64,000 nucleotides of DNA, taken from positions 186,001 to 250,000 of the forward strand of contig NZ_JAJQXW010000002.1 of the NCBI RefSeq assembly GCF_021246445.1, written 5' to 3'. The notes below the pieces were generated by a model. The model searched no databases. It worked only from the letters and a program-made list of their open reading frames with translations, and had not been told where the DNA came from. This stretch comes from Rhabdothermincola salaria (GTDB lineage Bacteria > Actinomycetota > Acidimicrobiia > Acidimicrobiales > Acidimicrobilacustridaceae). The position numbers and the translations under genes are program-made. Below, piece by piece: positions 29,796-39,390 of this stretch. Numbering within the stretch: position 1 is the first letter of the stretch; every line of letters starts with the position of its first letter.

Positions 29796-31124
29796 CTAGC
29801 TGAGTGGGACGGTGAATGTGGGTGCGTCGCGCATGCCGAACTCGAAGATGAGCTGCACACCGGGCGGGAGCTGTTCGGGGGCGTTGACCAGGCCACCCAG
29901 GAATCCCGTCTGCATGCCGGGCCGCACTTCGTCGCCGCCGACGGGCACCCCGTCAATGACCACGCAGTAGCCCCTTGCCGAGGTCTCCACGCTGCCAAGA
30001 CGCGCATAGCCCATCGACGGCCAGTCGTCGGTGACCGGGTACACCGTGCTGCCGTCGGGGGAGATGTTCGTCGAAATGATCAAGCCAGGTGGGCTGCCGA
30101 CCCGGTCGCCGGTGTTGGTCCAGAGAAGGGCAAAGGGGTAGTTGACCCGCCCTGGTCCGGGGTGGGTTGTGGGGCAGCCCGGTGGGGTGAATCCGTAGAC
30201 TTTCGGCTCGTCGAGGTAGACCTCGTAGTGCCACCGATAGCCATCGCGGTCCACGACGTCACCCTCAACCCGGGGCACCTCGCCCCCCGCCTCCGAGGGG
30301 GATGCCGAGGTCGAGGGCGCAACGAAGGTGGCGCTGGGCGGGTCGTAGGTCCACGTCTCCTCGATCCGCCCGCCGCTCGCACAGTCGGGATCGCAGCCGC
30401 GATAGCTCAGAACGAGCCCGTTGCCTGCCTCTGCTGGACCGATGGACACCATGAAGCCCGGTTCGTCAGCGAAGGGGATGAGTTGCCACGACCCGGGGTG
30501 GTTGGAGAACACGAACGACCTGAACTCGTTGACGACCCCTTCGACGATGACATCCGGAATTTCGTCACCCGTGACGTCGAGGCTGCGGATCTTGGTGGTC
30601 CGGTTCTGCGAGGCATACGAAACCGCCTGCTGCCACTCGCCTTCGGTGTAAGTCCATATGGTGATGAGTCCCTCGCCGGGCAACCCGTCGGGGGTCTGTG
30701 TCTGGCCTTCGCCGGTGACTTGGGTCGGTACACCGTCGGCGGTGAAGATCTCCCCTTCGACGATGGGACCGCTGAGACCAGCGGCCGTTGCCGGCCAAGC
30801 GGCGATCGCCTCGGCCATGAGATCGTCGGTGGCGGTCGAGGGTGCCGTCGAGGCCGTTGGCGGCCCCGTCGTGGGTGCCTCCGGGGTGGGAGCAGCGACG
30901 GAGTCCTGGCGGCCGTCCGAACCGGCCGCCACGACGACAGCGACGGCGACAACCGCAGCGACGAGTACCACGGCGCCCAGAGCGATGAAAAGAAGCCGGC
31001 GTCGTGGCGGCTGGGACGTGCCTGCTGAGGTGGCCGCAGCGTCGGGTTGCACCTCGGTGCCGCACTGCGGGCAGAACCGCCGGTCGACGTCGGTGCCGCA
31101 GGCCGGACAGGTTCGTGTGGTCAC
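29796..31124 (-). CDS. Zinc-ribbon, single-TM protein with extracellular domains
   Basis: CPACG..FCPQCG, TM helix, Pro/Thr linker. Confidence 0.7.
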   Translation of the reverse strand: MTTRTCPACGTDVDRRFCPQCGTEVQPDAAATSAGTSQPPRRRLLFIALGAVVLVAAVVAVAVVVAAGSDGRQDSVAAPTPEAPTTGPPTASTAPSTATDDLMAEAIAAWPATAAGLSGPIVEGEIFTADGVPTQVTGEGQTQTPDGLPGEGLITIWTYTEGEWQQAVSYASQNRTTKIRSLDVTGDEIPDVIVEGVVNEFRSFVFSNHPGSWQLIPFADEPGFMVSIGPAEAGNGLVLSYRGCDPDCASGGRIEETWTYDPPSATFVAPSTSASPSEAGGEVPRVEGDVVDRDGYRWHYEVYLDEPKVYGFTPPGCPTTHPGPGRVNYPFALLWTNTGDRVGSPPGLIISTNISPDGSTVYPVTDDWPSMGYARLGSVETSARGYCVVIDGVPVGGDEVRPGMQTGFLGGLVNAPEQLPPGVQLIFEFGMRDAPTFTVPLS

Positions 31125-32101
31125 GAACGGCTCGAACTGGCGTCGGCGATCGAGCGGTAGGCACCTGCCGCTGCGGTCATGATGACCGCAGCGGCTACAG
31201 CCAAGAACGCCAGAGCAGCGACGACCGCACTATTGCTGGCCAAGTTGCGGAGGTCCTCGCTGAGCGATCCTCCTCCGAGGTTCCACACCAGGGTTGCCGC
31301 ACCGAACGCCCCGGCGAGAATGAACGCTCCGATCGTCGTCAGGACCAGTTGCGGGATGAACCACCGGTGCCGGCTGGTCAACGTCATCGACGTCCACAGC
31401 GACGTGATCCCGGAGCCTCGGCGGTCCATGACCAAGAACGGGGCGTAGAGGGTGACGGCAACCCACAGCAGCGGACCGGCGAAGGGAAGCAGCCAGCTTC
31501 CGATCCAGACGGCGCTCAACACGATGTCGAGGACGGCGAAAGGACCGATCCGTGTCGGGTTCCACACCCGGACCACAGAAGCGTCCTCTCCTCGTGCGAC
31601 GAACAGCGCCGTGCGCACGAACGCGTACCGGATCCAGATGCCGATCACGACTGCCGCAACGATGAGGAGCACCTCGATCACCGGTATACGGTCCTTGACC
31701 TCCACATCGAAGAAGCCGGATCCCTCCGTGCGGGTAATCGCCGCGTTGTAGACCGACGACGCCGCTACCAGAGCGCCGACCAACAGCGCCGCCAGGAGGA
31801 TGGTGACGACCCAATCGTTCAAGCGGCGGACCAGCGAAGCCCAGCCGAACGCGAACACGCCCCCGACGTCGGCGAGGTCCTCCGTGGGTGGTGCGACGAC
31901 GGGCTGGGCGTCCGGCGCCTGAACCGCTGCTCTAGGCGCAGAACCGACGTCGTCAGTTCCGGCCACCGGAGTCCCGGCGACAGGGGGGGCCGGCGCTGCC
32001 GGCAAAGCAGAGCGCCGGACGCTGGTGTTGTCCGCTCCGCACTCCCCGCAGAACTGCCCGTCGAGCACTGCCCCGCAGCTGTGGCACACCGCCGTGTTCA
32101 A
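31121..32101 (-). CDS. Zinc-ribbon multi-pass membrane protein
   Basis: CHSCG..FCGECG followed by several hydrophobic segments; overlaps next gene; GGAG RBS. Confidence 0.7.
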   Translation of the reverse strand: MNTAVCHSCGAVLDGQFCGECGADNTSVRRSALPAAPAPPVAGTPVAGTDDVGSAPRAAVQAPDAQPVVAPPTEDLADVGGVFAFGWASLVRRLNDWVVTILLAALLVGALVAASSVYNAAITRTEGSGFFDVEVKDRIPVIEVLLIVAAVVIGIWIRYAFVRTALFVARGEDASVVRVWNPTRIGPFAVLDIVLSAVWIGSWLLPFAGPLLWVAVTLYAPFLVMDRRGSGITSLWTSMTLTSRHRWFIPQLVLTTIGAFILAGAFGAATLVWNLGGGSLSEDLRNLASNSAVVAALAFLAVAAAVIMTAAAGAYRSIADASSSRS

Positions 32102-32230
32102 TGCTCCGCCTTCCTCACGCTTCCCCCTAGTTGCCGCAACACAAAGCTACCGATTCGGGCGCCACCGGACCGTGACCGACACTTCCTCTTCGGTCGTCGT
32201 TGGCGCCTGCGAGCCCACCGACCCAGGCCG

Positions 32231-32270
32231 GCATCTGATGGCAAGTCAGAAGGTTCGAGCGCCACGCCCA
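32231..32270 (+). other. Decayed tRNA-Arg-derived att-like site
   Basis: GCATCTGA-N7-TCAGAAGGTT-CGAGCGCCACGCCCA, matching 42085-42129 apart from internal deletions. Confidence 0.5.
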
Positions 32271-32338
32271 CCGGTAGCGGCGACAAACCACCAGGTCAAC
32301 GCACTGCACATCCCGCCGGTCCGCACCGGTCCGGTCCA

Positions 32339-32361
32339 CAGGTAGCAACGCAGGTAGCAGC
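32339..32361 (+). repeat. Putative integrase arm-binding direct repeats (left)
   Basis: CAGGTAGCAAC-G-CAGGTAGCAGC, 12-bp period. Confidence 0.55.
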
Positions 32362-32583
32362 GGCAAGGCTTCCGAGTACTTCACCGCAGCTGCAAGCACC
32401 ACGAAGATGCGGAGGCTTCGTCGCCACCGGGCATATGGGCTCACCCTGGGCGATCACCGAACCTCCCCCCAGCGCACCCCCCACCCTTTAGTTGCCCGTT
32501 CACATGGGGCGGGGGTAGCGCTCTCAGGTGCGCAGCTCGCCGGTTCACCCCTGAGTAGTGGAGCAGGGAACGGCCCCGGTTCG

Positions 32584-33657
32584 TCATACCGAGTGGCTGG
32601 TGATCCGGAGCAGGCCGACGCCGTCGAGGGCCGCCAGGTGGGTGGCGAGTGGCGAGCTGGCCGGGTCGTCGCCGACGGACAGGGCGGTGACCGTTTCGGG
32701 TTCGAGGCCGTCGATGGTCATGCGGATGTCATGGACACCCACCCAGCCCTCGACCTCCTGTAGGCGAACGACGGGCTGCCACGTCGACACGTCGATCCCG
32801 GCCACCTGGGGGAGGAAGCGAACCGCCAGTTCGAGCATCGCTGCTGGACTGGTGGTGGGCCACATCTCACCCTCAGGACCGGCGATCGCGTCATCGGCCG
32901 CCAGGCTCGTGGTCCGGCGCCGAAACCCAGACTCTTCGGGGATCAGGCGTTCCACCGCGTCGGCGAGTCGTTGCTGGTCATAGACGTTCACGGCGGCATC
33001 GACCATGAGGGCGGTCGGTAACCGCCCTGCGCCGGTTTCCCACGGGAGATCGTCGTCATAGGGGTCGGGGATGTCGTCGAGCGAACTGCCGATGCGGCCG
33101 TCGTCGTCGAAGCTGAAGTAGGCCGAGGCTTCGACGGCGGCCGCGACGCTGGCTTGTTCGGATCCGAGGTCACCGATGACGGTCGTGCCGTTGTCCATGT
33201 CACCGCGGGTGCGCACCCAGTAGTAGCCGTCGACCCGGTAGATCGTCTCGCGTTGGCTGAACTCGCACGGTCCGCCCGGAAGCCACGCCGCCGATGCAGA
33301 GGCGACCTCCACGGCGTCGAGGTCGTCGGGGTTCTCCGGCACATAGGCCCAGGCCCCACCGATCGCCGGTCTCGCGTCGAGGGGGCAGCCGTTGAGGGTG
33401 ACCCAGTCCTCGGCATCGGCGCTGGCGAACACAGCGATGGCGGTGAGGACCTCGCCGGGAACGCGATGGTCGGTGAGCAGTTCCTCGACGACCAGGTCCT
33501 CTTGTCGGATGCGATGGGCCACGGCGTCGAGCTCGCCGGCTGTGACGTCGAGCGGGTCGAGGTCCTCGTCGGCCCACACGATCCGGATCGTGAAACCAGG
33601 GGTGATGCCCTCGGGCGCCGATGTGGGAGAAGGCATCGGGACGTGGTCATCGCTCAT
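32584..33657 (-). CDS. Acidic hypothetical protein
   Basis: Last gene of an overlapping five-gene operon; GAGGAGG RBS. Confidence 0.65.
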   Translation of the reverse strand: MSDDHVPMPSPTSAPEGITPGFTIRIVWADEDLDPLDVTAGELDAVAHRIRQEDLVVEELLTDHRVPGEVLTAIAVFASADAEDWVTLNGCPLDARPAIGGAWAYVPENPDDLDAVEVASASAAWLPGGPCEFSQRETIYRVDGYYWVRTRGDMDNGTTVIGDLGSEQASVAAAVEASAYFSFDDDGRIGSSLDDIPDPYDDDLPWETGAGRLPTALMVDAAVNVYDQQRLADAVERLIPEESGFRRRTTSLAADDAIAGPEGEMWPTTSPAAMLELAVRFLPQVAGIDVSTWQPVVRLQEVEGWVGVHDIRMTIDGLEPETVTALSVGDDPASSPLATHLAALDGVGLLRITSHSV

Positions 33658-34109
33658 GGGGCCTCCTCGGCGTCGTGTTCGGCTGGTGGCTGCGTGGTGG
33701 TCGTCGAGGAGCGGGCGAGATCCGCGCCCGAGATGCTGAAGCCTCCGTGGGTCTCCAGATCCGTCATGGGGTCACCGGTGGGCGGTTCGAACACACAGGG
33801 GGTCGGGGTGCGGGCGACGCTGATGTAGGGCCCGAAGCACCGGATGATGCTGTAGCGGGCTTGGGCCTCGCACTGACCATTGTGTTTCGCTGCTTGGTCG
33901 GCGAGGCGTTGCGGGTCGTGGGTCCACCACCTGGTCACCTCGCCGTCGATCTCCAGGTCGAACCAGCCGTCGTGGTCGATCCCGAGGATCCGGGCGGGGA
34001 GCCATCGGGCGTCGGGGTCACGGAATGTCCTCATGCCCTGGACCCAGTGGACCCGATGGCCGGCCCGGAACGACTCACAGCTCGGGGTCTGCTCCGCGGG
34101 GCTGTTCAT
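33654..34109 (-). CDS. Hypothetical protein
   Basis: MNSPAEQTPSCESFRAGHRVHW..; ATGA overlaps at both ends. Confidence 0.6.
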   Translation of the reverse strand: MNSPAEQTPSCESFRAGHRVHWVQGMRTFRDPDARWLPARILGIDHDGWFDLEIDGEVTRWWTHDPQRLADQAAKHNGQCEAQARYSIIRCFGPYISVARTPTPCVFEPPTGDPMTDLETHGGFSISGADLARSSTTTTQPPAEHDAEEAP

Positions 34110-34762
34110 GCCGCCACCTTCGGCGATGGGGCGATGTGGCGGAGCCGGTCGGCGACCAGGGCGGGGGCCAGTTCGAGGGCTCGCAGTACGCGGCGGGCTG
34201 TTGTCACGGTGGGGACGAGCACGGTGCTGCCAGCGCTGACGGCGGCGGCCGCGGTGCGGTGGTCGGCGGTGTGCAACGCCAGGAACGGTGTGGTCGAGCC
34301 GACGAGCAGGTGAGGCAATACGGCGAGGGGCTGGTCGGGACTGAGGCGGCGGACCCGGGCCCGCAGCGGTCGGCCTTCGAGCAGAGCGGCCATGGAACGG
34401 TGGTGGCCACCGAAGAGGATGTGGCGGCCCTGGGCGTCGATGTGCACGACCGGGTAGCGGTTGAACGCCGACCACACGTCGGCCGAGGTGGTGCCGGTGC
34501 GTTCCCAGCGGCCGGTCAGGTAGTAGGCGACGTGTTGGCGCACCACCCATGGCTGGGAGGCGTAGAGATCCCGGGGGTCGATGTCGGCGAGGGTGGGCGG
34601 CCCGGCGAGCACCCGGTGCACCAGATCCGGGTCGACTCGGGGGTCGTGCTTCTTGCGGGGGGCGGTGGGCCACGGCACCACGGTGCGGTCGTGATGACCG
34701 AACACGGCGTCGATGTCACCGGCACCCCAGAGACGATCGATGGCAGCGTTGATGACCATCAC
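34106..34762 (-). CDS. ParB/Srx-like domain protein
   Basis: IDPRDLYASQPWV..YPVV..ILFGGHHRSMAALL; GGAGG RBS. Confidence 0.55.
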   Translation of the reverse strand: MMVINAAIDRLWGAGDIDAVFGHHDRTVVPWPTAPRKKHDPRVDPDLVHRVLAGPPTLADIDPRDLYASQPWVVRQHVAYYLTGRWERTGTTSADVWSAFNRYPVVHIDAQGRHILFGGHHRSMAALLEGRPLRARVRRLSPDQPLAVLPHLLVGSTTPFLALHTADHRTAAAAVSAGSTVLVPTVTTARRVLRALELAPALVADRLRHIAPSPKVAA

Positions 34763-35886
34763 GCCACCTCCCCGAGAGCCGAGAGGAACACTTCGAAGCC
34801 CGTCAGCTGAGTGCGGAACCGCCACAGCGTCTCGGCGAGCTCGTCGAGCTGGGACTGCGGGATGTCGACCCCGGCGATCACGTCACCGTCGCTCCACCAC
34901 AACCGGATTCCGCAGAGCCCGGCGTTGGTGTCGTTCAACTGCGCGAGCAGCTCTTTGGTCGCGGCCACGTCGCGGACCACCAATGTGGTGGCCCGCAGGA
35001 CCGGCAGTCCGTCGTCGTGCAACTCGACGCGCACCTCGCGCCCGTCGAGCTCGACCACGAAGATCCCCTCGTCGAGCACGTAGCAACGTGAACGGGTGGC
35101 GTCGGCGAGGCACTGCCCGAGCCCGTCGCGGAAACGCTGCACGGCCGTCGGCCGGACCGGGACCCAGGCGGTGAGGTCGCCAACGGCCACCGTCAGCGGC
35201 CCCTGCGCCCCAGGCCGCACCCCGAGAAGGACGTCGTCGTCGCCGTCGACGGCGGACAACAGATCGTGGAGTTCCTCAGCGGCGACCTCGAAAGCGACCG
35301 CGTCGTCGGTGTTGACGGGCACGTTGAACGTGGCCCGCAGGGTGCGAGTGTCGCCCCAGTCCACCGTGCAGGCCAGCGAGCCCGGTTCGACCACGATCGC
35401 CACTGCGGGGCGGGCCGTCGCCGGGTCGAGTCCGACGGGGACGTTGAGCGCCCGTCGCAGGATTCGGGCCAACTGGCGCCTGTCCACCGTGACGGTGGCC
35501 TCGAAGTCGGTGGGGAACGTGGGAAAGACGCCCTCTGAGGCGTTCTGGGCGTCGACGAGGACCGTGAAGCCCTCGCCGGCGCCAACCAGGGCCGCCCCGT
35601 CGGCCACCGCAGAAATGCGGCACTCGTCGGTGGCGGACTCCGCGCACAGCTCGGCGCAGGACCACAACAGGCGAGCCGGGACCAACACCGGGTCGTCGCA
35701 CTCACCGCCGGGGCCGCCGAGGTAGCACCAGGTCACGTCACCGGACTCGCCCCACCAGGCCCGGCGCCCGTCTGCGACGGTGACGAATACTCCGTCACCG
35801 TCGATCTCGTTGGGCACCACGGCGGCGGCCAGGCTGGCCACGGTGTGTAGTTCTTCGCGTTCCACGCGGATGTCGAGATCGGTCAT
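34759..35886 (-). CDS. Beta-sliding-clamp-like N-terminal region fused to a YbjN/T3SS-chaperone-like (TY-Chap) domain
   Basis: IRVEREEL..VLVPARLL..FPTFP..ATVTVDRRQLARILRRA..LHDLLSAVD (DnaN-like); ELLAQLNDTNAGL..IRLWWSDGDVIAGVDIP (YbjN-like). Confidence 0.55.
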   Translation of the reverse strand: MTDLDIRVEREELHTVASLAAAVVPNEIDGDGVFVTVADGRRAWWGESGDVTWCYLGGPGGECDDPVLVPARLLWSCAELCAESATDECRISAVADGAALVGAGEGFTVLVDAQNASEGVFPTFPTDFEATVTVDRRQLARILRRALNVPVGLDPATARPAVAIVVEPGSLACTVDWGDTRTLRATFNVPVNTDDAVAFEVAAEELHDLLSAVDGDDDVLLGVRPGAQGPLTVAVGDLTAWVPVRPTAVQRFRDGLGQCLADATRSRCYVLDEGIFVVELDGREVRVELHDDGLPVLRATTLVVRDVAATKELLAQLNDTNAGLCGIRLWWSDGDVIAGVDIPQSQLDELAETLWRFRTQLTGFEVFLSALGEVA

Positions 35887-36248
35887 CGGAACACCCCCGG
35901 ATGCACGCCGGTGGACACCCCGAGCTGCACCGGGCCAGGCACCGGGTTGAAGTCGAGGCCCATCTGCCCCGGACCCGGGCACGGCAGCGGATCCGGGCGG
36001 CCCTCGGCGATGTCCTCCAACCGGCACACCAGCCGGTCGACCTGGGTGTCGCTCAGCGTGGCAAACACCACACCGTCGTCGACCACCTGCACCCAGTCCC
36101 GGCCGACCAGATCCAGCACCCCCAGGTCGTACAGCGCCAGCAGCAACCGCCGACGACGAATGGCGATCGCCTGCTCGCGCAACGCGATCTCCCGCACCAC
36201 GCCTTCGGCTGCCGCCGCCGGATCCTGCCCCGAATCCCATGCACCCAT
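35883..36248 (-). CDS. Hypothetical protein, first gene of the operon
   Basis: AAGGAG RBS, downstream of a sigma70-type promoter. Confidence 0.6.
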   Translation of the reverse strand: MGAWDSGQDPAAAAEGVVREIALREQAIAIRRRRLLLALYDLGVLDLVGRDWVQVVDDGVVFATLSDTQVDRLVCRLEDIAEGRPDPLPCPGPGQMGLDFNPVPGPVQLGVSTGVHPGVFR

Positions 36249-36292
36249 CGCCGGCTCCTTTGAGAGTGACTCCACGGAAACTCCGCACCCGC

Positions 36293-36321
36293 ATCATCCG
36301 TGCGCACAAGTATCTTGTCAA
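36293..36321 (-). promoter_or_regulatory. Sigma70-type promoter with an overlapping palindrome
   Basis: TTGACA-17 nt-GATGAT; ACAAG-TAT-CTTGT at 36306-36318; second inverted repeat TCCAG-N10-CTGGA at 36341-36360. Confidence 0.6.
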
Positions 36322-36387
36322 GGATTCGATTGCGTTGCACTCCAGAAATTTCTTGCTGGATCTGACCGCCGGAGTTAACGTGGAGTC

Positions 36388-36642
36388 ATGAGGAAGATCG
36401 CTGAACTCATCGACGGACTGTTCAAGCCAACCGAGGTGCTGCCGCAGAGGGAGAACCCGTACGCCGACGCCATCCTGGCGGCTTCAACCGCCTCGGCCGT
36501 CGCCCTCGCTGTCCTCTCCGACGCCCCCGCCAAAGACAAGGCGGCGCTGTTCGTGACGCCGTTCATCTCCGAGGCCGCTGCCGCCTACGGGGCGATGAAG
36601 GGCGCGGAGCACCACACCTCGTCACAGGAGGAGCGCTCCTAG
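36388..36642 (+). CDS. Small hypothetical protein
   Basis: GGAG upstream, plausible codon usage. Confidence 0.5.
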   Translation: MRKIAELIDGLFKPTEVLPQRENPYADAILAASTASAVALAVLSDAPAKDKAALFVTPFISEAAAAYGAMKGAEHHTSSQEERS

Positions 36643-36697
36643 AGGCCCACGTCTGTCAGGGAGCACAGAGAGACCACAGACCCAAAGGAGAGCCGAG

Positions 36698-37249
36698 ATG
36701 AGCAGGAACCCAAGTGGAGAAGCACCAGCAGGGCTCCTCCCCAGCGCCAAGAGCCAGGCGGCGATGGGAGCGGTCATGGGTGCCGTGGGCTACGGCATCG
36801 CCAAGAAGGAAGCCTCCGCAGGCGCCGACACCCAGTGGGCCGCCAAGAAGGGCGTCAACTTCACCACGGCCCTCTTCCTCTACGGGTTCACTGTGTTCCC
36901 CGTGGGGATGCTCTTCCTGCTCTGGTGGCCCGCCAGCCTCCCCTGGATCGCCTGGAAGCTGGCCCTCTCGGCCTGCTTCATCATCATCACCGCCCGCCTG
37001 GTGAACTGGCACAGGGCCCCGGCCAACGTGCGGCTGAAGTACTCACTCCCCACCTGGGTGTTCGTGCTGGCCGGAGGGCTCCTGTTGGTCGGGGGATTGC
37101 TCGGCCTTGTGGTGAGCACCTGGCTCACCCTCGGAGTAGGAGACGACGGTGGGTACCTCACCCGCCAGGAGCAGATCGAAGAGATCCAGAAGGTGTCGCC
37201 CAACTGGGAGCCCGCCCCTGACTACCCCGGGATGACACCCCGAAACTGA
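36698..37249 (+). CDS. Membrane protein
   Basis: AAGGAG RBS, about three hydrophobic segments. Confidence 0.6.
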   Translation: MSRNPSGEAPAGLLPSAKSQAAMGAVMGAVGYGIAKKEASAGADTQWAAKKGVNFTTALFLYGFTVFPVGMLFLLWWPASLPWIAWKLALSACFIIITARLVNWHRAPANVRLKYSLPTWVFVLAGGLLLVGGLLGLVVSTWLTLGVGDDGGYLTRQEQIEEIQKVSPNWEPAPDYPGMTPRN

Positions 37250-37505
37250 CCTCGCCCCCAGACCCGGGTGCCCCCACCCTTCGGTCCAAGGGGAGTGGGC
37301 TCGGCCCTCCTCCCGTGCAGTACAAGTGCCGCCGCTGTCGTATCGACGGGCGGCACTCACCGCGTGCGGGAACGTGCCGAGCTTGTACCTCCCGCCGACC
37401 TTGTTGGCAGGAGGGTTGGACCGGTGCACGTTCTGGCGGCGCCAGACGTGCCAGAGGGATTTCGGAGAGCGTGACGCTCGATGAACGCGCACATAGGGTG
37501 AGGCA

Positions 37506-39368
37506 ATGGCCGGCATCGAACTCGACGACCTCGTTCGCCACTACGGCGATGAGAGTGTGTCGCTTCCCACGTTCTGTCGGCTGGTGTCGGGGGATCCGAA
37601 ATTGCTGTTGGCCCGAAGTCGCCGATCGAGGGACTTTCCTCAGCCCACCAATGCGGCCTCGTCGAGTCCCCTGTACCGGCTGACCGACCTGGCGGGGTGG
37701 TTGCGCTCGGAGATGCAGGCCGAAGACGAGCGCAGGAGCCGGGAAACTCGCTCCAAACCCGACGACTCCACCGGTCGCCCCGTCTTCGACCAGGTCCGCT
37801 CGCCCGAGGACCCCCAGGCCATCGCCCGCTACATGCATGAGTGGGCGCTCGAACGCAGCGTCGAGCTCTGCGCTCGTCGCCACGGCGTCGATGCCACGCG
37901 TTTACTCGTGGCAGGAACCGCACTGGTACGAAGCGAACGGGCCATCGCCGATGCCCTCCGCACCTTCGACGAGACGGTCGGCACCGATCGGCCCAGCGCA
38001 CTGCTAGACGACCTCAAACGCGCCTACCGGGCCGCTCGCCAGGACTCGGATCGGCCCGTCAGCGCCGACGCCGCGTTGGCCTACGAGCCCCGGTTCGTCG
38101 AGCCGCTCCTCACCGGGCGCTATCCCGGCCCGGCCGCAGCGGTGCTTCGCGACGACCCGGACCAGGCAGCGGTCGAGGGACTGTCCTCCACCACCGAGAG
38201 CGGCGGTGTCGTCCGAGAGATCTGGGGGGTCTGGAGTTTCCTGGCGAACGGTCCACAAGATCCTCGGGAACCATTCGCAGAGACGATCGACCAGTCGTTC
38301 ACCCAGCTGTCGGGTGCCTCGCTGAAGGTATCCAGGTCCTCCCCTGAGCAACTCACCCAGCTCCTCGTCGAGATCGCCGACATCCAACCCGGCATGCGCC
38401 TCCTCGACCCTGCGTGCGGACAGGGCAACACCCTCATCGCCGCAGCCCAACGCACCATGCACAAGGGCAAGCAGACGATCGAACTGGTCGGCCGTGACCT
38501 CGACGTCCAGGCCTGGACCATCTGCCGTGCACGACTCACAATGCGGGGCCTGCCACACGACCTCGGAACCCCGGGCCCCGCAGGTGACTCCCTCGGTGAC
38601 GGCGACGGCCTCGCCGGAGCCTTCGACCGTGTCGTCGCCGAACCAGGAACGGGGATGTGGCTCGCCAGCCGATGGCTGTCCCGCAGCATCGAGTGGCTCC
38701 GGCCCGAGGGCACCGCTGTGATCGCACTTCCTCTCGCGACCCTCGGCTACAACGCAAGAAACGAGTGCGTGCGCGAGAAGCCGCGAGAAGCCGCTGCGGC
38801 AGGCGAGCATGTCGCTGGAGTCGTCGTCACCTGTCCGGAGGTTCGCGAAGAGACGAGGGAACCCCTGGCCGTTTGGGTCCTCACCGAGACCCCGGTCGAG
38901 GAGGTGCTCTTCATCGACATGCGCAGTACTGACAAGGATGCCGATCCGACGGGAGGGCTCCCCCCGGACACGGTCGGCGCCGTAGCTGAGGTCTTCTCTC
39001 TTCACCGCAGCGACGGAGACCTCGCCGACGGCCAGCGACCGCTCGGCGTCAAGGCCAAAGCCGTCGTCAGGAGCAGACTCAAGGTAGGCACCGACTACTG
39101 GCCAGCGAAGTGGCTCGCGGATCCCGCTGAACAAGACCGAGTCGAGAGCGCCAAGAAGAGAGCTCTGCGCCTCACCGAGTCACTTCGCGCTGTGGTGGAC
39201 AGCAGCGCACCGGAGCCAGAGGACCCCATGGGCATCGAGCTCGACGACCTCGGGCAGCTCTCTGGCATCACCACCGCGGAGATGAAGCGCGCTCTCTTGC
39301 GTCTGGAGAACCTGCTCTCCGGCACGGTCACGCGCGGGAGGAAGAAGAAGCCCGGTGGCCAGTCCTGA
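37506..39368 (+). CDS. HTH + N6-methylase (HsdM-like) fold protein with a degenerate catalytic motif
   Basis: N-terminal HTH ..DFPQP..SSPLYRLTDLAGWL; LLDPACGQGNTL; FDRVVAEPG where NPPF is expected. Confidence 0.7.
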   Translation: MAGIELDDLVRHYGDESVSLPTFCRLVSGDPKLLLARSRRSRDFPQPTNAASSSPLYRLTDLAGWLRSEMQAEDERRSRETRSKPDDSTGRPVFDQVRSPEDPQAIARYMHEWALERSVELCARRHGVDATRLLVAGTALVRSERAIADALRTFDETVGTDRPSALLDDLKRAYRAARQDSDRPVSADAALAYEPRFVEPLLTGRYPGPAAAVLRDDPDQAAVEGLSSTTESGGVVREIWGVWSFLANGPQDPREPFAETIDQSFTQLSGASLKVSRSSPEQLTQLLVEIADIQPGMRLLDPACGQGNTLIAAAQRTMHKGKQTIELVGRDLDVQAWTICRARLTMRGLPHDLGTPGPAGDSLGDGDGLAGAFDRVVAEPGTGMWLASRWLSRSIEWLRPEGTAVIALPLATLGYNARNECVREKPREAAAAGEHVAGVVVTCPEVREETREPLAVWVLTETPVEEVLFIDMRSTDKDADPTGGLPPDTVGAVAEVFSLHRSDGDLADGQRPLGVKAKAVVRSRLKVGTDYWPAKWLADPAEQDRVESAKKRALRLTESLRAVVDSSAPEPEDPMGIELDDLGQLSGITTAEMKRALLRLENLLSGTVTRGRKKKPGGQS

Positions 39369-39390
39369 GTGCAGACCAGCGACATGCCCC

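Noticed and set aside
32471..32522. ncRNA related to the 37.3 kb element (shared CCCCCACCCTT)
   Set aside because: The similarity is only a short C-rich run; the AGCGC-ACCCCC/GGGGGT-AGCGCT hairpin is more simply a terminator for the minus-strand operon.
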